The notes under the pieces: generated by a model
Told to the model about the DNA's origin: nothing
Database searches by the model: none
Seen by the model: only the letters and a program-made list of their open reading frames with translations
Assembly (NCBI GenBank): GCA_002104945.1
Contig: MCFH01000008.1
Location: 1,172,216-1,236,215, forward strand
Reading direction: 5' to 3'
DNA length: 64,000 nt
Source of the DNA: Piromyces finnis finn
Taxonomy: Eukaryota > Fungi > Neocallimastigomycota
Part shown: positions 57,273 to 64,000 of the stretch, piece after piece
How positions within the stretch are numbered: the first letter of the stretch is position 1
How the letters are laid out: each line of letters begins with the position of its first letter
Translations under genes and position numbers: made by a program

Positions 57273-57916
57273 GATAATAAATTCTAATTAAAAAATATTG
57301 AATATAAAATAAATACTAATAAAAATTACAAATATAACGTATATGGAAAAAAATCTGTCTCTCTCTCTCTTCTTAAAAGTACTGGATAGTACAAAAATTG
57401 TTACGATGCTTTGTTTAAAGTTTCTTTTTTTGAATTCTAGTTGTAAATTTTCTTTAAAAATTCTAGTTTTGGTTTGTTGTTAGTAAATTCGATTCGCTTT
57501 TTGACACTAAACTTGTTTGACTTTACTTTTCATTAAATATTTAAATTGGTAAAAAATTTGAATCAAGAATGTCGACACCAGAAAGCTTGTGAATAGTATT
57601 TTTACATGATGTAGAGTGAATCAGTCTCTTACAAGAAACAATACAACAATAGCTACATGAATATAAAAGTACAATGCAAATGCTAAAGTTGACTACATTG
57701 GATTCTTACAAGAGAAGAGTAGTACTACATGAATACATGAATAAAAGAAAAAATACAGCAACAAAATGTATTACTCTTCTAATTAAATACTATACAAACT
57801 TACCTGAAAAATCAAACATTCACTTATTCATCAAATACTTAAATTTGATGAATAAAATGTTTTTTAATCGCTCAGTACCATGAGCTTAGTCCTAATAATT
57901 TTCCCTTGAAGACTAA

Positions 57917-58161
57917 CCAAGCATCCATTGCGCAATGCTTGGATTTAATTCTTTCTACTCTCTCAGTACCATGAGCATGAGTAGACCCCCTTGAGAAATT
58001 ACATTTATTAAATAAATGAAGGCACATTCCTAAGAGGGCACCAAGCATCCATTGCGCAATACTTGGATTTAATTCTTTCTACTCTCTCAGTACCATGAGC
58101 ATGAGTAGACCCCCTTGAGAAACTACATTTATTAAATAAATGAAGGCACGTTCCCAAGAGG

Positions 58162-58164
<3 letters not shown>
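57917..58164 (-). repeat. Two 124-bp tandem monomers at the LINE 5' end, plus a partial third hairpin at 57870-57885
   Basis: 57917-58040 and 58041-58164 differ at only a few positions. Confidence 0.95.

Positions 58165-58253
<89 letters not shown>
58163..58253. repeat. (TTA)n abutting the LINE 5' end
   Basis: Direct reading. Confidence 0.9.
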
Positions 58254-58649
58254 TGTTGTTTATGAATATTATCTTTTTAAAATCACACAAAACATAAGAT
58301 ATATAAATAACCTCAATAATTAATATTTATCATTTCAAAGAAATAAAAGTTGTTTTTTTTTTATATATTTTTTATTTATTAATTAATTTAGGATTAAAAT
58401 AGTAACAGAAAAAAAAAAATCAAAATCAAAAATAAACACTTTACTTGTATAATAGGATATAATAAAATATAAAAAATGTAAATAAAAAAAATAAATATTA
58501 AAATAAATTGATTAAAAAAAAAAAAAAAACTAAATTACAACAATTATATAAAGAAATATAAATTAAAAATTAAATTATAAAATTGATATGAATAAATCAT
58601 AACTATTTCTCATAATAAACACTATTATTATAAAAAATAGATATCAAAA

Positions 58650-61472
58650 TTAATTTTGTTTGGTTGCTGTTCTTTTTCTTTTTGGTAATTTTCTTTTCTT
58701 TTTCATTTCATTTTCTTGAGAACGGTGTTTTATTTCGACACGAAGATGGCGAGAAAGTGCATCATTTCTTGAGAAACCTTTATCACAATATGGACATTTA
58801 TAGTTCTTAACACCAGTGTGAACTTTTTTATGTCTATTCAAATCGTGTTTTCTAGTAAAACCTGCACCACATGTAGAACATACATAAGGACGATTAGTAT
58901 TTTCAGCAATAATACGCTTTCTTCCTACTAATACTAATCCATTCTTTGTTAATGCAGATACACTATTAACGCCTAATTCATTACCGATACTCATACGATT
59001 ACCATTTTCTAAACTATTCTTTATTTGTTTTATGCTAAGATGAACAGTTTTATTATTTGAATCATCTTCATCTTCTTCATGTTTTCTCTTACGACCATTA
59101 TCTACAGTTTCAATAGATTTTATTGGAATGACTTCTTCAAAAACTTTGGTATTACCTTTGTTACTTTTGGATCTTAATTTTTGAATTTCTTTCTTCAATA
59201 CGAAAAGTGACTTTTCTTCATTTTCACTTTCGTCTTCTTCTTCAAAATTATCACTTTGCTCATCTTCACTACATTCATTCTTATTTTCAATATCGTTTTC
59301 TACCTCAATATCAACTTTAATTTCATTTTCGGATTCTTCATTAGAATATTCTTTTTCCAATTTATCCTTAGTTTCTTCCATTGGAATATCATATTGACTT
59401 TCTAAATCCTTATCACAGGAAGCCTTTATATCATCCTCCTTATTTTTACATAGAGCTGAACATAATTGCTTATAAGATACGAGAATGTAATTTAATGTAT
59501 TCAATTGCTTTATAATTTTAAAGTCTTCTTCGCAACAATTTTTTTTAGAATTATCATTGGTTTGAATTTTAGATTCACTTTTTTCTCCTGAACATATTAC
59601 TGAAGATAATAAATCTTCAATTGAGTTTGGTAAGTTTTCAATATTTTCATTAGATGATTTTGATACCTCTTGATTTTTTGGCATTATTGGTTCTATGTCT
59701 GAAGTTATTGAATAGTATTGTTGTTCATCATTATTAGCATTTTTTATTTCATCCATACAATTATTATTTATTAAAGGATTAATATCCAAGTTTAAGTTCT
59801 CTAAAATATTTTTAATCTCAATGTCTGAATTTTCAAATGAAAATTGTTGTTCTCCATCATTACACTTTTTTTCATTAGTACTATTATTATTAAATAAGGA
59901 ATTTACTTCAAATGAATCAAAATTTATACTTGAGATATCAGTAAAATCACCACTATTTAAGTCTGGTGAAATAATTGCTGATTTTGGAGTTGCTGGAGTA
60001 TTCAAAAGACCATTACCCATCATTAATAAATCACTTGGATTTTCGTTAATTTTACATTCAGAAGGCTTAAATGAGTCATAAAAATTACCCATTAACTCAT
60101 TTTGGTTACTATTAAAGTTACTTATGTTATTTTTTATAATTGGGCTATTTATTGGTTCCATTTCTGGTGTAATACTTAAAATGCTATTAAGAGTATTCCT
60201 TGAAGAAAGTGCAATATGTTCATTTTTTTTTACACAATTCTCCAATGTTTTATTAGATTCAATAATAATATTATCTGAATTAAGGAGAGGACTCAATTCT
60301 GGTGATAATGGAGTATAATTATTTATTGCATTTTGTCTAATATTCATTGTTGGCTTTAATAGAGTATTGATATCTATACTACTTCCATTATTATTTTCTT
60401 GAGTGCTAATATCTGATGGCTTAAATAAATCATTGCTTTCATTAATTGTTATGGTTGGAATATTAGTCAATATATTTTCAAATTTACTATCATTAACATA
60501 TTTTTTACTTAAATTATTATTTATCTTCATAGCTAGTTGTTGTTCTTGTAATTGATATTGCTTTAATAAATTATCACTTAATTGATCTTCATTATTACTT
60601 TCAAGATTAAATGGAATATTAATGGAATTAAGTAGATTACTGTTAGTTACAATACTTTCGTTTGGCTCTGATTTTGGAATAATCATGTTATTTATTAGAT
60701 CGGTTTCTATTGATGGAATTAAAATATTATTATTAACTAAATTATTTTCATTGGAATCTACTGATGGAATGATCATATTTTCAAATTTATTCTTTACTTC
60801 CTTGTTACTTAACAATTGGTTATCTTTAATTAATTTATCTAAATAGAGTCTTTCTATTTGAGTTTTTATTTCATCATTATTTAGTAAATTAATTTTTTCA
60901 AATAATTGGTTATTATTAATCAATGAAAGTAATGGTGGTGTACTCAAGTAGCAAGCATTTTGATTCATTTGGGTAGTAGATTCGTTCATTTGAACTGGAG
61001 AATATATAGATTTCAAATTTAAGTTTGGGTAGGTATTTAATGAATTTAGCATATTGGAACTTTGTAAATTACAACAATTGTTAGTAATATCAAGAGGTCT
61101 TGATTGAAGATTATACTTTTCTGAATTTTGATTATATAAATTTAAATTATTTAACTTTGAAATTTTATTTATAGAAGAAATATTTGGATTTAATAATTGA
61201 TTCTGTATCATATTATTCATTAATAAATTACTATTTGAATTATGATCAATATCCAATAATGTTGGAATTGTTATAGAATTCATCATAGTATTATTTCTTG
61301 AATTAATATTTGCATTTCTTCTTTCATTAAGTTTCTTTACTTCATTTATACTTTTCAAGTTTGAAATAAATTGATTATTAGTTGCTTCTTCCTTTTTATA
61401 TATATCCTCAAGAGTACTCTCGAGTAAACTCGAGGTATCTAATGTCGGATATAATTGATTAAAACTTTCCAT
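58650..61472 (-). CDS. C2H2 zinc-finger transcription factor (2 C-terminal fingers), Crz1/Rpn4/Met31-like specificity
   Basis: RPYVCSTCGAGFTRKHDLNRHKKVH-TGVKNY-KCPYCDKGFSRNDALSRHL. Asn-rich activation region, SP/TP clusters, PTITIN motif and basic NLS KKKRKLPKRKR. Confidence 0.9.
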   Translation of the reverse strand: MESFNQLYPTLDTSSLLESTLEDIYKKEEATNNQFISNLKSINEVKKLNERRNANINSRNNTMMNSITIPTLLDIDHNSNSNLLMNNMIQNQLLNPNISSINKISKLNNLNLYNQNSEKYNLQSRPLDITNNCCNLQSSNMLNSLNTYPNLNLKSIYSPVQMNESTTQMNQNACYLSTPPLLSLINNNQLFEKINLLNNDEIKTQIERLYLDKLIKDNQLLSNKEVKNKFENMIIPSVDSNENNLVNNNILIPSIETDLINNMIIPKSEPNESIVTNSNLLNSINIPFNLESNNEDQLSDNLLKQYQLQEQQLAMKINNNLSKKYVNDSKFENILTNIPTITINESNDLFKPSDISTQENNNGSSIDINTLLKPTMNIRQNAINNYTPLSPELSPLLNSDNIIIESNKTLENCVKKNEHIALSSRNTLNSILSITPEMEPINSPIIKNNISNFNSNQNELMGNFYDSFKPSECKINENPSDLLMMGNGLLNTPATPKSAIISPDLNSGDFTDISSINFDSFEVNSLFNNNSTNEKKCNDGEQQFSFENSDIEIKNILENLNLDINPLINNNCMDEIKNANNDEQQYYSITSDIEPIMPKNQEVSKSSNENIENLPNSIEDLLSSVICSGEKSESKIQTNDNSKKNCCEEDFKIIKQLNTLNYILVSYKQLCSALCKNKEDDIKASCDKDLESQYDIPMEETKDKLEKEYSNEESENEIKVDIEVENDIENKNECSEDEQSDNFEEEDESENEEKSLFVLKKEIQKLRSKSNKGNTKVFEEVIPIKSIETVDNGRKRKHEEDEDDSNNKTVHLSIKQIKNSLENGNRMSIGNELGVNSVSALTKNGLVLVGRKRIIAENTNRPYVCSTCGAGFTRKHDLNRHKKVHTGVKNYKCPYCDKGFSRNDALSRHLRVEIKHRSQENEMKKKRKLPKRKRTATKQN

Positions 61473-63045
61473 AGTAATTATTTCTTATTTAAAAGTAGGT
61501 ACAAACAATAATATAAACTTATTAAAATATAAATGAAATATTGATTTTATTAAATAATTGGTATATCTTTCCAATGCACTCTAATTATTATTAGTTATTA
61601 ATTATTAAATATTATATATCTTTAATTATTTTCTTGAAAAATTATTAAAATAGCTATAAATATTTAATGAATAAAAATATGTTAAAATTAATAATATATT
61701 TATTTATTAATAATAAATGTATAATTACAGATATATATTAAATTATTTATTTGATAATACCTTTTATAAAAAGTAATCCTATTTTCTTTTTTTTTTAAAC
61801 ATTAATAAAATATAGTTTTAAAACACTTTATATTTGCAAAAAATAAAAGTTAAACTTTTATAATTATATGAGGTAACAATTTTTTTTTCTCTTTTTTTAT
61901 TATTTTTTAATATTGTAAGCAATTGAATTATAAAACATAAACATTCTCTTATTAAACATTATTGATAAAATTATTTTTAAATAAAAAATATTTATCCGAA
62001 TTTTTTATATCACTAAAACTATTAATTTAAAGAGATGCTTTTTTCTGTTGTTGTTATATAAAATAACAAGAAAAATTTATTATATCTGAAATAAAAAAAA
62101 AAAAGGCACAATTTTGTATTTATATACATTTTTTTTTTTAATTTAAATTTTATTTTAGAAGCATATGAAAAAAAGATTTTTTAAATAATATATTATTTAA
62201 TTTTAATAATATAATAAATATATATAATAATTTATTGATTGATTATACTGATTTATATTTCCATAGGTATTTTACCAAATATAAAATAAATAAGTTTATA
62301 GAGAATAGTAAATTTATTTAAATAATATAATTTTAATTATTATATTATTTTACCTATTATAATGAATATATTTTAAAATTTAGATTTATTCTAATTATAT
62401 ATTATTCATATATTATTCATATATTATTGCTCTTGTTATATTATATAATTATATAAACAATATTAATAATCTTAAAATTTTTTTAAAAAAAAATAAAATT
62501 TTAAAAAAAATTATATATATTGAATTATACTTCATTTATATTATTAAATAAATTGATAATATAATATATACATAGAATTAATATATTTATATTAAAATTA
62601 GTAATATTATTTATACTTTATTTGATTTTATTAGATAGAATAGATTTAAACCATTACTAAAAACTATAGATTGAAAATACACTTTTTTATTTATTAAAAG
62701 TAGATGATAATACTATTTCATAGAATAGGTCGTAGTAATAATGTAGTTTTAGATAATATTTCATTATAACAGAATGTGGATAGTTATTTTAATACTCTTA
62801 TATACTTTATAATTTTGAACAATTTTATAACTAATACTGGAAGTATTTAATAATAATTTCTTGGTAAGAATATTCCAATAATATATTGGATTAAAAAAAT
62901 CTAAATTATTATTAATTAATAGAATTATTAGATCGATACTTTACGTTTTAATTCTGAGGGTCCTGAGGGAACCCCCCATCCTTACTGCCTTACGTATCTT
63001 TTCTAAAGAATCTTTTATAATAAATAGAATTTTGAAGAATTTAAT

Positions 63046-63048
63046 AAC

Positions 63049-63090
<42 letters not shown>

Positions 63091-63106
63091 TGTAATAGTA
63101 ATAGTA

Positions 63107-63137
<31 letters not shown>

Positions 63138-63154
63138 TTGTAATAGTAATAGTA

Positions 63155-63213
<59 letters not shown>
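63046..63213. repeat. Compound (AAT)n microsatellite with two copies of TGTAATAGTAATAGTAATAG
   Basis: Direct reading. It explains ORF 63032-63229. Confidence 0.85.
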
Positions 63214-63214
<1 letters not shown>

Positions 63215-64000
63215 TTAATATTAAAATAAAAAAGTAACTATAAAGAATAATATTTAATTAAATTAAAAGAAATGAATAATATTAGTATTAATTATTATAG
63301 AAATGAATTAATACATTTTAGTAGGATAAACAGTATCTAGTCTAGTGTTTTATGCTTCTTTTCAATACATATTGGCATATTAGCAGTTTAAAAAAATATA
63401 TAAGATATATCTCAATAAAACTTTTTTAAATAATTATTGTTATATTAATATTACAAATATTACAGCATTTCTATATTTTATATATAATTTTTTAAATAAA
63501 AATTAATAGAAATATGTAATATTAAATCTGATACTTAATTATAGAATTCTTTACATTATTAAAAAAATCGCTATAATAATAAAATAAAATTCTTATGTAA
63601 AAAAACAATATATCAATGGTAGGAAGAATTACTGTTTGTATTTTTGCCTTTAATTTTTTTCTTTTAAAATAAGATATTAGAAGATGGAATTGTATTATTT
63701 CTTTTACCATTATGGCATGTTAAGTAGGTTCTTTTCCTTTTTTACAAGTGAATTTTTTTTTTTTTTGAACTTTTGTAGCAATGTTGTCTAATGGCGAAAG
63801 AAGTTTTTTGTGGTTAAATAAAAAATTATTATTTATTAATAAATATATTCATATTCACATTTATTCATTATATATAATATAATATATTATATTATATTAA
63901 AATAAGTTTACACGCTATAATCTTTCAATAATTTTATATTGATCAATATATTATAATATATTAAATAATGGTTAGGATTTCAGTGGTTTCTGTATTTTCT

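Larger units (their letters stand above)
52477..58164 (-). mobile_element. Full-length APE-type non-LTR retrotransposon (LINE), about 5.7 kb; clade not determined
   Basis: 5' region with tandem monomers, one intact 1508-aa ORF, ~240-nt 3' UTR and A31 tail. Flanked on both sides by (TTA)n. Confidence 0.95.

Noticed and set aside
57674-57883. Antisense ORF0-like ORF in the LINE 5' UTR
   Set aside because: 69 aa, AT-rich, overlapping a degenerate local repeat, with no recognisable motif and no second copy to test conservation.
57917-58164. CRISPR-like array
   Set aside because: The units are contiguous near-identical 124-mers with no unique spacers, there are no cas genes, and the context is eukaryotic.

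Overview
Extremely AT-rich, intron-rich eukaryotic DNA. Base composition, a CBM18 lectin and a bacterial-type anaerobic enzyme point to an anaerobic gut fungus (Neocallimastigomycota); this is an inference. Genes in order: TAF11 (+); an ABCG half-transporter with a Cys-rich N-terminus (-); a divergent pair of an uncharacterised coiled-coil gene (-) and a WD40 gene (+); a Tea4/Bud14-like SH3-RVxF-RA-RA protein with large repeat arrays (+); a secreted 5xCBM18 protein (+); cytosolic Hsp70 (+); DGAT2 (+); two intronless orphan ORFs; an NrdG-like radical-SAM activase (-); and a Crz1/Rpn4-type two-finger C2H2 factor (-). The most notable content is a non-LTR retrotransposon system. It comprises one full-length, single-ORF APE-RT LINE with structured tandem 5' monomers, two near-identical 5'-truncated copies, a fragment of a sister family, and a 553-bp tRNA-Ala-derived SINE with a 12-bp TSD. 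The SINE shares a 43-nt segment with the LINE that includes a covarying hairpin. Also notable: a 4-nt microexon supplies the Walker B Asp of the ABC transporter. Exon boundaries and RNA folds were read by eye and need RNA-seq or computation to confirm.
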